From: the human T2T-CHM13v2.0 reference genome, Homo sapiens
NCBI RefSeq assembly: GCF_009914755.1
Contig: NC_060942.1
Length of the DNA stretch: 64,000 nt
Reading direction: 5' to 3' (one strand)
Both the position numbers and the translations under genes were made by a program. Shown piece by piece: positions 50,937 to 64,000 of the stretch. Numbering within the stretch: position 1 is the first letter of the stretch; each line of letters starts with the position of its first letter. The notes under the pieces are model-generated. The model was not told the origin of the DNA. It searched no databases and was given only the letters and a program-made list of their open reading frames with translations.

Positions 50937-53799
50937 GCTAATATGTATTCATTTCTTTCATTTATAGAGTACTTTCACATTTGTCTGTGTTAGTGTGAAG
51001 TCTTTGTAGGCAGAGTCTCCTTTTAAAATGTTATGCTTGCATTTTGTTTAGGAGCGCATACTGCATGTGCACGAGAAATCTCATCATGGGAAGCCCCACA
51101 GTCAATGATTTGGTGGGCTTTTTTTTTGTCATGAATAGCATTTGTGTGCGTTCTATTCCCAACTCTCTCTGTAGAAAGTCTTGCAAGGGATAAAGAGTAT
51201 CTCTGTGTGTCTTGCTGTGTACCACACTCAGCAGAATGCTTCGTGCACCTGGGCTTTTATTATAAATGTTTAACACAATGATGATAAAAACTAGTTCTAA
51301 CAAGGCATGTAATTATCTCTCCCTCATCTTCACCCCATTTATTCAGCACTTTGAGCTGCAGGCATGTTTCTTATGTTTCTGTTGATTTAAACTTTCTTTG
51401 CCTTTCTGCATTTTACCATCTTGGTTCTTACTATTTTCTCCAAGTCTGGCAATGTGTCACATCCAAATTCATATTGTGCGATGGACACTTTATCTCATTT
51501 ACATAACTGACTGCTATCTTTACCAGCAATTCCATCATGAGCTTTATTTGAGTAAGGGGTTGGGAGATAAGTTCAAATTGGACTCCCAGCCCCGAATCCC
51601 AAGTGGGCATCTGTACTGACCTGCGACTGGGTCACAGAACATAGGCCTTAGTTGCTTTCAGCTTGTAATGACCGAGCTGCCTTACAATTCTGTTTTCTCC
51701 TTTGTCTGTTTGGACAGAGTGTCTTGTGCAGAACAGAGCATGACAAATTGTTTTTTTACTATAAATGCAAGGAGATGATCCTCCATGCTTCTCTCTTCCT
51801 TTTTCTCAATAAGCGGTATTTTTCAGTGTTTATTGCATGCGTTTTTCACTAAATTCTGGTAGAGTGCCTTTTGACTTTTCACTGCCACTTCAGCAGGGAT
51901 CTGCATTTGGCTTTGGGAGTGGTGTTCTCCTACCTCTGTCTTCCACTTCCTCCCTCCTCTCTCCTCTCCATATGATTTCACTTGCAAATGTTCACCGATA
52001 TGCTAACTGCAGTGGAGCTCTGAAAAAGCGTAAGGCTGGTTTACTGTGCTGATCCTGAGACAATCTAACAGCTTGCTTATGCATCTATTTGGCTTGGATG
52101 GAAAATTAGAACAGCTTTAATCTGCTACCAGCATCAAGCAGGGAAGCACTCCCTGGAGTGAGGAGTTGGGAGCATCACAGCGGGCTCTGATGAAGGCGGC
52201 TGCTATGGTGTCAATCCAGGCAGCAGAGCTCCAGTAGCAAGGAGGGTGCTGGCTTGTTTTAAAGAAAGCATATTATATTTGAGGGGGGTGGAGGTGGGGG
52301 GAAATAATCATTATACTGAACTTTCCCAGAGCTGAGTAGCTGCATCATGGAAAAATACAAACAGGGATTGCTTTTTTTTGTTTTTGTTTTTGTTTTTCCT
52401 GGGTGCCCACATCAGTGGGGATAATGGAACTGAGGTCTTTAAAAATGGACACGTAGTGCAGTTCGGTCAGATGAGCATTTTAGATTTTAGTAATTAGTAG
52501 TTAGGGCTTGATGAAGTGTAGGAGGTAGGAGGGAAGCAAGTCTATTTTAGGAGATTAGAGTGATAAGGCCTTTGCATGTTTTTATCAGTTCATGTAGAAT
52601 TTGACATATGGTAAACAGGAAAAGATAGTATTTAAAACTCCCATAAATACACAGGGTGGAAAAAAAAAAAAACCAAAGTAGAGAAAGGAATGCCTGCCAG
52701 CAGCACTCCCCCTTGGCTTCAATAGTAGGGTAGCAGGAAAGGGCTACATATCATTGTGCGAACCGGATCCGGCAATACAGAAAGTCAGCAACTGAGGATC
52801 CTAGATGGCACGTTAATTAATTCCAGCCAGTTGTGCCCAAGTTCACCAGGCTCCATTTGGCATCGCCCACTGGTCTCTATATTTGGAATCATGAACTTCG
52901 ATAATACTCCCCACTCTCAGGGAAGCCAAATTCTAGGTTGACTTGATTTGTCACATTCCTTTGTTTTATAGCTTTCTGTCAAAACCCCCCAAATTAATGC
53001 AATGCTATGTTGACTGTTTTGTTTCTTAATGCAATGAAACTGTCTTGAAATTACAGTTGGATAGAGTTTTTTAGAAATTTGCATTGACATCATAATCAGA
53101 TCATAATGAAACTGTGGTGGAGTCTCATAGCTTTGCATGGACGTATCTATTGTCAAGGTATGGTATTAAAAGTCTTTTATGTGATTTTTAATGTGATTTT
53201 TTTACTGAATTATTTTTTAAAGTGTCAAGGCACACATAGGCATCATAAACAAATGACATCAGCTTCTGTTGCCTAAAAAAAATCTAGTTAGATATTGGGT
53301 GAGCCTAACTCAGGCTTATTGTGAGGCCAAAAATGATATTTGATGAGAAAGTGCTTTGGAAAGTTAAAAGTATTCAGAAAATATTAAACCCAGAACAAAG
53401 TATTTTTGGTAAGTGAGTAATAATGGCAGTGTAAAATAGTTCATTTTGACTGGAGCTAATTCAGTATTACAGGAAATTCTCACTATATATCTTCCAAGTA
53501 AAAGTTTCCATCTTTCTTTGAGACAGGAAATTGTACCACAATGAAATATGGAAAAGAAAAGATTTTATTTTTAGTATAACCAAATCATGTTAAAGTACTG
53601 TACTAAAATTCAACAATGTCTTTATATATGTGTGTATATGAAAATACCTCTACTAAATAGCGGGTAAAAACAAACACATACTCACTATTTCTTTACCTAA
53701 TATAATTGTAGCCAGCAGGATCTTTTGTTATTAGTTTCATTTTCCTTTTCCTCTTTTGGAAGGCATTAGCCGCATTTTCTTTGGTGAAAATGGAAAAGA

Positions 53800-54625
53800 A
53801 CCTTCCAGTAGATTATGCCGTGGGTCTAATGTTGTTTCTGGAGCAGACACTGGCTGGCGACCCTATCTGCTGCCACCCTTGGGCCTGATGGTGGCTGATG
53901 AGTGGCTAATGACGCCTGTAGGCGTGTGGAGCTCTGCCTTGGATCACAGGACCAGGTGGGGGCGTGCTAGAGAATTCCACGGGGCCTCATCCTCTGTACG
54001 TGTCTCACGCGTGCTCCAGCTGTGGCCGTTTCCCCAGAGAGTCACATCTCAGGTGAAATAGGGGAGGGGGGGAACACGCGGCTTTCCTCGTCTAACTTCC
54101 AAATGTTCTATATCATTATAATCACGTGAGTTATCTACGTCATCTAAGTTGGCCATCACAGCGTGTAAGAATTAGTTTCTATTTTCTTAAGATAAACAAA
54201 TGATTTGGATCCTGAGTGATCAAAAGAAATCCCCAGTAATCCTGAAGGCCGCGTAAACAGCGAACGAAAGGAGAGAGGGAAAATGATCCCGGCCGCCTGG
54301 AAGCGAGAGGCAGCCACAGACACTCTGTTCCGGAAACCGCAGGATGTAACTGGGGAGTCCTGGAGAGTGACTAGAACCGGAAAGGGGGCAGACGCTTTGA
54401 GGGAGGCAGGCGGGGGAACAAACGGGCTGCAGCCAGCAGGCTGGGCCGAGGTTCCGGGGGACATTTGTCCCGGGTGTTGAAGCAAGCTGGCTCCTGGCCG
54501 CTTACCTAGTATCCTGTGAACTCTCACATGGCATCGTCAGGAACGAAGCGCAGCCATTCAGTCAAAGCGGCCGGCTGGAGAGGCAACAAGCAGGTGCAGC
54601 TGTGGCCGTAACAAAGACCCTCAAG
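53800..54625. promoter_or_regulatory. CpG-rich promoter-like region
   Basis: Roughly 40 CpGs by eye in about 830 bp of non-repeat DNA in an otherwise CpG-depleted window; TCACGTGA 54122-54129, CRE-like tacgtca 54136, CCGGAA at 54330 and 54377. Confidence 0.65.
54506..54620 (-). other. Candidate first exon of a minus-strand transcript (start site undefined)
   Basis: Strong donor TAG|GTAAGC ('gcttac|cta' on + at 54500-54508) inside the CpG-rich region. Confidence 0.45.
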
Positions 54626-54668
54626 CTTTGAATGATTTGCTGGGCTATAGAAATGTATATCACAATAG

Positions 54669-54993
<325 letters not shown>

Positions 54994-55017
54994 TTAATTT
55001 AGGGTAAGTAGGTAGAA

Positions 55018-55180
55018 GTTTTATTTGACAATTATTTAACAATAATAATAGTGATAGGGTTATTGTCAATAACCCAATTATTATTGTCAAATAATTGTTT
55101 TTATTTGACAATAATTGTCAAATAATACTTAATTTTAAAATACTTTTAATTATGGCATTGTCAAATAATACTTAATTTAT
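55018..55180. repeat. AT-rich cluster of short direct and inverted repeats (TTGACAAT/ATTGTCAA x6)
   Basis: Perfect hairpins gggttattg-t-caataaccc (55057-55075) and ttatttgacaat-a-attgtcaaataa (55101-55125). Confidence 0.9.
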
Positions 55181-56049
55181 AATGGACAACAGTTTTTTGC
55201 CTCCAAATTAGATGAATTGATCAGCATTGATATTTTAAGTTATAAATTAAAATCTCAGGTCATAGCTACATGACACCCAGCAACTGGTTAGTTCAACACA
55301 TTCACATTGATACGATATTACAAACAATTAGTCTAGCAATTTATTGTGGCCTAACTAGTTTGTCAGCTGTTTTGAAAAGCACCGTTTTTGTTTTGGAAAT
55401 CAATTAATTGATTCAAAACACTTAAAGCGGTTGTTATCTCCCCTCTCATAAGGAAATTTGCATTCCCTCAAATTAGCAACATTGAATTACTCACAACAGT
55501 CCTATGAGGTATATGGCCAAACACAGATACTGGAGCATTCATTAATTTAATAAGCAACCTCATATTGAGAGTTCGTCGTATGAGGCACTGAGATAAGCCC
55601 TGGATAATTTTCAGGCATGTATGCTTATACTATCATTTCTAAAACTAATATTCACTTGGCAACTATGCTACTGATCTTGTCCTTCTAAACTTAATTCTGT
55701 GGCATTGTCAAATAAAACCATATAATTGGAAAAAGTAGCCTATCCAACTACACATAAAATTATATTGAAGTCACAGCCTGTGCAACTTGTTTCCCAAGGA
55801 CCTAGTCTTCATTAATTGTTCTGTTAAAAAGAATCAACAAAATCTACTGATTCCTTGATACAATCTTTAAAGTGTCTGTATATTTGATTATATTTCTGAT
55901 TATTAATATATTTAAAGCTAATCAAAATAGAAAGAATTGTGTAAAAAACTCCATGTTTATCTATCATTTATCTTCAACAATTATCAAGTTGTGATCCAAC
56001 TCATTTCATCCATATCTTCTACCTACTTCCCCACTCCAGATTTTTTTAA

Positions 56050-57735
<1,686 letters not shown>

Positions 57736-57989
57736 CTTTTGGGGTGAACATAGATATAAACATGTATTTTCTTAACAAAATGTATCATGAGCTCTTATTA
57801 ATACTTCCAATTTAAGTTCAGGACTACAGTGTTCTCACTCAATCTCACAGGCAGCATGTATACCTCTTTTAGCCTATGCTGACAATTCCAGTTCTTAATG
57901 ACAGCAACACAATTACTTACTTGCTTTATCTGACATACACGTACAAAAGTTTCAGAATAACAATGCAAAGCTTACCACCAAGAATATAA

Positions 57990-60070
57990 TAACTAAAAAA
58001 GTTATTGAAATATATTTTCACTAAGAACCCTAGGTTGACACTTTTAACCTTCAGTATTTTGAAGATGCTATTCCACTGTCTTCCAGCTTGCATTGTTTTC
58101 AGTGAGAAATCTGCTGTCATCTTTATTTTTGTTCTTATTTATGTAATGCGACATTTCTATCTGTCTCATTTGAAAACTTTATCCCTGGTTTTAAGTAATT
58201 TGATGATGATGTGCTCTGATGTAGTAGCTTGGGCTTTCTCTGATTCTTGGGTCTATAGGTTTATAGTGTGTATCAAATTTGGAAAATTTTCGTCCATTAT
58301 TTTTTCAAATATATTTTCTTCACTCCTCACCATCTCTTTGGGAACTAAAATTACACAAATCGTAGGCCACTTGAGGTTGTCTCACAGCTCACAACTCTTT
58401 CCTTGTTTTTAAATTATTTTTTCTCTGTGTTTCATTTTAGATAGTTTCTATTACTATGTCTTCAAGTTCACTAATCTTTTCTTCTTCATGTGATATATTG
58501 TTAAACCTATTCAGTGTACTTTTAAATCTCAGGTAATATGTTTTCATCTCTAGCAGTTTAATTTACATCTTTTTTACATCATTCATGTTTCAACTTCAGA
58601 TGTTTGATTTTTCCTGTAATATTCTGAGCACATGGGATAAAATTTTAATTATTGTTTTAATGTTCTTATCTACTGACTCTATCATCTGAATCATTTCTGG
58701 ATTAGTTTTTCTTGATTGGCTTTCTCCTAATTGTGGGCTGTGTATTTATTATTCTCTGCACGCCTGGGAACTTTTTATTGGATGCCTTTCATTGTGATTT
58801 TTTTTTTTCATCTTTGGCTACTGGGTATTTCTTTATTCCAAAAAAAATCAGGAGCTTTATTCTGGGAAGTGGTTAAGCTACTGGGGTTACTTTTATCTTT
58901 ATGAATCTTGCTTTTAAGCTCTGATTAGGAGGACTAGAGTAGTGTAGTGTTTAATCTAGGGCCAGTTTTGCCTTACTACTGAGGCAAACCCTTCTAACTA
59001 CTCTCCCCAATGTCAATGAATTAAGAGATTTCTTCTTAGGCTGACAGGAACAGGCACTACTCTCAGCTCTGTGTGAGCCCTTAGGCTTATTCCCTCTTAT
59101 TCTATTGATTTCCCCCTCAGTTTTGGAAAGTTTCCTCACATGCATGCATTGATCATCACTTAGCTGAATGCTCAAGAGGACTTTTCTGCTGCATACTTGC
59201 AGGGCGCCCTCAGATCTGTAGTGCTCTCACTCTGCGACCTTGTTCTCTCTGCTCTGCTCCTCTGCCTGCAAACTCTAGCTGCTTTGGCTTCTGTGATAGG
59301 CTAAATAATGGCCACACTCTCCTCTACCATGCAAAAATGTCCACATCCTAAACCCGGGAACCTGTAAATATGTTACCTTAAATGACAAAAAAAGCACTCT
59401 GTAAATGTGACTAAATTAAGGCTCTTAAGATGAGGAGATTATCCTGGATTCTCCAGGTGAGCCCAATATAATACTATGGGTCCTTGTAAGAGGGAGAGAG
59501 GCTGGAGAGTCAGAGACAGAGAAAGGGATTAGAAGGTGTTATGCTGCTGGTTTACAAGATGGAGGAAGGGGCCAAAAGACAAAGAATGCAGGAACCCTCT
59601 AGAAGCTGCAAAGGACAGGAAAACAGGTGCTTCCTTCAAGTCCCTGGGAGGAACACAGGCTTGCTGATACATTTTAGACTTCTGACTTCCAGAATTGTAG
59701 CTTATAAATTTGTTTTATTTTAAGGCAGTAAATTTATGGTAATTTGTTACCACAACATTAGGAAACTAATACAGTCTCTTTGAGCTCCCTGGCTTATCAC
59801 CTCAGTACACAAAGACTTATGGGTGCCCCCTTTCCTCCCTTGCCTTGAATGACTGCCTGAAGACTCTCCCCAGGCAGCAAGCTGGGCAACTGTAGGGCCC
59901 GTCACTTGGTTTCCCATTTCACAGAGGTTGGTCTCCTTTGCTACCAGATGATGTCCAGTGTTTTCAGAATAATCAATTTCTAAATTGTGTCCAGTTTTTT
60001 TCAGTTGTTTCAGATGGGAGGGAAAATTCAGTCCCTGTCACTCCATCATGGCCATAAAAGGGAAGCCACC
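57990..60070 (-). mobile_element. Ancient L1M 5' region/ORF1 remnants, interrupted by MLT1D
   Basis: 'ctattccactgtcttccagcttgcattgttttcagtgagaaatctgctg', 'atcaaatttggaaaattttcgtccattattttttcaaat'; similar to 4500-5290. Confidence 0.75.
59292..59773 (+). mobile_element. MLT1D MaLR solo LTR
   Basis: 'tgtgataggctaaataatggcc...ggaacctgtaaatatgttacctt...gagattatcctggatt...ggtaatttgttaccacaacattaggaaactaataca'. Confidence 0.9.
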
Positions 60071-60098
60071 TGTAATAGCCACACAGAAAAGGCGTGGC

Positions 60099-60461
60099 TG
60101 TATTAGTCCATTTTCACACTGCTATAAAGAACTGCCAGAGACTGGGTAATTTATAAAGGAAAGAGGTTTAATTGGCTCACAGATTCTCAAGGCTGGGGAG
60201 GCCTTAGGACACTTACAATTGTGGTGGAAGGTGAAGGAGAAGCCAGTACCTTCTTCACAAGGCAGCAGGAAAGAGAGGGGCAGGGGAAATGGCCCCTTAT
60301 AAAACTAACAGATCTCGTGAGAACTCACTCACTGTCACAAGAACAGCATGGGGGAAACCAACCTCATGATCCAATCACCTCCCACCAGTTCCCTCCCTTG
60401 AAACATGGGGATTACAGTTTGAGATGAGATTTGAGTGGGGACACAAAGCCAAACTGTATCA
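60099..60461 (-). mobile_element. THE1 (C/D)/MSTA-type MaLR solo LTR
   Basis: 'tgtattagtccattttcacactgctataaagaactgcc...gatctcgtgagaactcactcact...ggggacacaaagccaaactgtatca'. Confidence 0.92.
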
Positions 60462-63400
60462 GTCCCTATGCCACAAATTTGATACACAGTGAGATACACA
60501 TTGACATGTCACTTTATAATGTTCGTGATTTTTAAATTGAATTTAACTTTCCTGTGTTGTTAAATATTTTTAAAGTTATTTAATTTTCTAGCTTAGCTTT
60601 CCTTGTTCAAGGTAAGATCTCTGAATGCAAGAAAAATAGTTATTCTCTATCAGATGCCTAAATACCTAGATCAAAGAGAGTAATTTTCTATTGCTGGAAA
60701 ATACTGACAACATAATATTTTGCTAAAATCTGAACTTGGGAACAAAGACCATCCCTTCACAACAGGTTCATTATTATTATAGCTGTTGAGAAATATACAT
60801 TTCTGAAAATTTGGGGTGTCTCATTGACAAAATATTTCTACATTAATAATAGCAGATTTGACTCTCTTTTTCAAAAATACCAATATCGGAAGTCTTTTCT
60901 GCCCTCTACCACCCCAGCATCAGTTTTGTTAGTCTTCCTCTCCTTCTTCTCCATCTACCTTTATGTGCCTAAGAACACGTCAACCACTTTCATGGAATTA
61001 ATTATTCAGCCTGTTCAGTCACAGGATCATATTCTCGACCCTGTCACTAAATAAAGCAACACCCTTATGCCAATTAAAGCAACTTACCTACTTGTGAAGT
61101 TGGCCACAGCCCTCTTGGTTTAGGCATTAAAGACTTGTAAAGGCAACACCAAGGCATTTGAACACCTGGTTCATTCTACATCATGATCCTAGGCTTTAGT
61201 AACTAATTGAATTGACAATTATGATGTTAAACTCCATGACTGGGTAAGGAAATAAAGGCTGATTTAGAAACAAACACAAGCCCTAATCTCCACGTGATTT
61301 CAAAAGCCAGGTTGTTTTCCCTTATAAATTTTTATTGGTATTCCTTTCCCCCCGACCAGTTTTTTTCTAAGTTTGGAATATTTTCTGATAAAATACAGGC
61401 CTGTCTGTCTTTTATGCTCCATCTAGTTTTGGAGAATAGACAGGACCCTTGAAGGTACTCTGTTTGAAATTGTGTGTAATAAGAATAAAGAGTCAATGCC
61501 ATTCTTAGCACACTAAAAAGTTTAAAATGTCCTCAACAAGGCACAGTGGCACATTCTATAATTAAATGCCAGAAGGCAGTAAAATGTATTAATTACTGCA
61601 GTTGATACAACTGAGAATTTGCTTGCCATCCATTTAAAAATATGGACTATTCATTATGCTTTAGGAAGAATTAAAGGAGAACAGTATTGTTTATGGAAAA
61701 GAAGTAACAGGGAACAACAGCCTCTCTGTCGCATATGTTTACTTGTATGCCTGCAAACTCCAGTGCAACCCGTTTGGGGATCCCTCACACGACAATGAGC
61801 TTTATTTATAATCTGATAAAATCCTTAGAAATTAGCTATTTATGCTTTTGTCTTATCACATGGTTCCCACTCTCATCTTGTTTGAAAGTCAAAATCAGAC
61901 CTTCATGGCACCAGAACGAATCTTTGATCTATGCAGCTCTTAACTGATGCTGAGATGCATGATATTAATTTCTTTCTTGCATGCGTTTTACTGTTCCTGG
62001 AAATTTGTTTGACAAATTGTTGTAAGTGTAATTTTCAACCAGAAAGATAAAGTCTTATGTAAGCTATTGGATCAGTCTACATACATTTTTTGCAAGATCT
62101 TAATAAAATATTGGCAAGTGTTATTTTTAAATGCATATTCAAAAATATACACTTAACCTTTTGTACTCTTATTTGGGAAAGAACCAATAAGAATACTCTC
62201 CTTTTTCTTAAATATATATTTAAAAGTATTCATTACTCTTTTTATGTTTTTTGTCTCCTATGATCCATTGACTTTATTGCTTAAAAATGATTTTTATTAT
62301 TGTGTATGATAACTTCTTGTGTTTCTCACAAACTTAAAGGCAATTTTAACACTTTGGGTTTTTTCCCACCAAAAGTTTCTGCAAGCTATTTACATAATAT
62401 TCAACCCATATTACTTTGATTATCAAAACAGAACTTGGTCTGTATTGTATTACACATCCTCTTAGCATTAAACAACTCATTTATTATTACTAAGAATTAT
62501 CGTCTTTTTGGAATTTCTAGATTCTCATTTTTATATCATAATACTGAGTTGTGTTCTATATAAAAATGTGAAATGGAAGAATTTAGAGGAGAACCATAAA
62601 TATTACTTTATGATCAGGACTTCTGTAGAAAGCTAAAGAGTAGCATATTAAAGAGGGGAATGTTAAGATGCCATGGCAATTCTGTTAGCACTTTGTTCAT
62701 GGTCCCACAAATGCAGTCCTGTATCACGGCACACACACTCACCAACAGGTTCTCCCTTGTTCCTGTATGTCAGTGCACACAGCCGGAGCCTGCTGTGGGT
62801 AAGCCCTGGCATTTTTGACAATCTCTTTGCCATAATTTTGAGTTCCTTTCTGCTACTTTTATTTCCCTCCATAATTGCCTCATTACACCTTTTTTGAGGA
62901 ATTATTTTAATTACATACCGACTAATTTTACAATGGATTCATAGGTAACATAGAGATATCCACTAGCTTCTGCAAAGAAAACAGAACTGGTTTAAACAAC
63001 TGAATATAAATTTTAAGTTATTAGCAAATAAACCTTCCACCCCAGAAGTGCTTTTCTTCCAATTCCTTTGGGATTTTACTGGCATCACCTCTTATGTGAT
63101 AGCACGTAATCGCCAGTGGAGGATGAAAATAAGTTTTCCACCTCATCCTGGAAATTTCTTTTCCAGTACTTAATTGATTAAATCACCTGTCTTGTCCTTG
63201 CATTATTCTGGAAATGGGAGAATCAGGGCTGCTGAGTCATAAGGTGTTACTAGAAAATGACAGCTGCTCACATTGGTGGAAACTGGACAGGAGCAGCCTT
63301 CCCTCTGCAATGCAGGCGTTGCCACAACAGCAACAGGGTTCTCTGCTCACTGAGGACAGCGAGAGGCTCCATTTCAGCCTCTGCTTCTCCTCCCCAGGGC

Positions 63401-64000
63401 ACTTGTCTACAGAGCACAACCTTCACAATATGTGGGAAGTATGGTTTTTTCTTGTTCTTAATGAGTTTCTATTTTTACAGCCCCATTTTGCCTCATTATA
63501 AATAGGGCCTAAATCCAGCCATGTCCCAAATTAAGGTAAACTTTGCCAGTATGATTCTAGTGATAATTTCCTTTTTTTCTCTTTTTCTTTCATGCCTCCT
63601 CTTCCCTGTAAGTTATTATCAGCAGCTTTAACCTTGGGCCTATGGAGAATTGCATGGAGAAGCTGAGCTGTGATCATCCAGCATACAGTGGGTCTAAATT
63701 GCAACCCCTCCACCCTGAGCCCTACATCTGGATTTATATTTTTGTTTATTTCAAGGGCAAAGAGGCACCAAATTGATCCTAAGTCAATCATGTAAAAATT
63801 ATATGCAGGCCACACAATTACATCTATGATCTTTATATGATTGTTGAAGCCAAAGTTTGAGTTACAAAGAATAATATCCATGATCCTTCACCCTCCACCA
63901 AGGGTTCATGAGGGTTACACAAAGGAAGAGCAGAAGGAATGCACAGAGCAAGAGCAACAGCCATGTGCAAAACCTGAAGCCTGGGAGCTGATGAGAGACG

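Noticed and set aside
54156-54527. 123-aa ORF in the CpG-rich region
   Set aside because: GTG start, lies mostly on the intronic side of the donor, and GC-rich DNA is depleted of stops.
60367-60378. DUX4 site in the THE1/MST LTR
   Set aside because: Reads TGATCCAATCA, deviating from the TAAYYYAATCA consensus; a generic family feature.

Overview
Primate, almost certainly human, genomic DNA: an intact AluYa5 with all five diagnostic changes sits at 56440-56745. The window looks intergenic or intronic and is rich in transposable elements. These include ancient L1M, L2, MIR and L3 fragments, several MaLR and ERV1 solo LTRs, DNA-transposon MITEs, five Alus, a 3' L1PA fragment, and a two-LTR ERVL (LTR16-type) provirus remnant with a decayed RT. 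I recognise no host protein-coding exon, tRNA, rRNA, snRNA or CRISPR array, and the listed ORFs are best explained by chance or repeat content. A CpG-rich, promoter-like region (about 53.8-54.6 kb) has a strong minus-strand splice donor, and several plus-strand exon-like segments are scattered across the window. The most unusual structure is a patchwork at about 45.4-46.8 kb: three diverged copies of nearby sequence (two inverted, one direct from 13 kb away) joined by TA-rich fold-back filler and ending at half of a MADE1 element. It looks like a fossil multi-template-switch repair event and creates a 290-bp inverted repeat. I see no convincing new multi-gene system. Repeat subfamily names come from recalled consensus sequences and boundaries are approximate; RepeatMasker/Dfam would confirm them.
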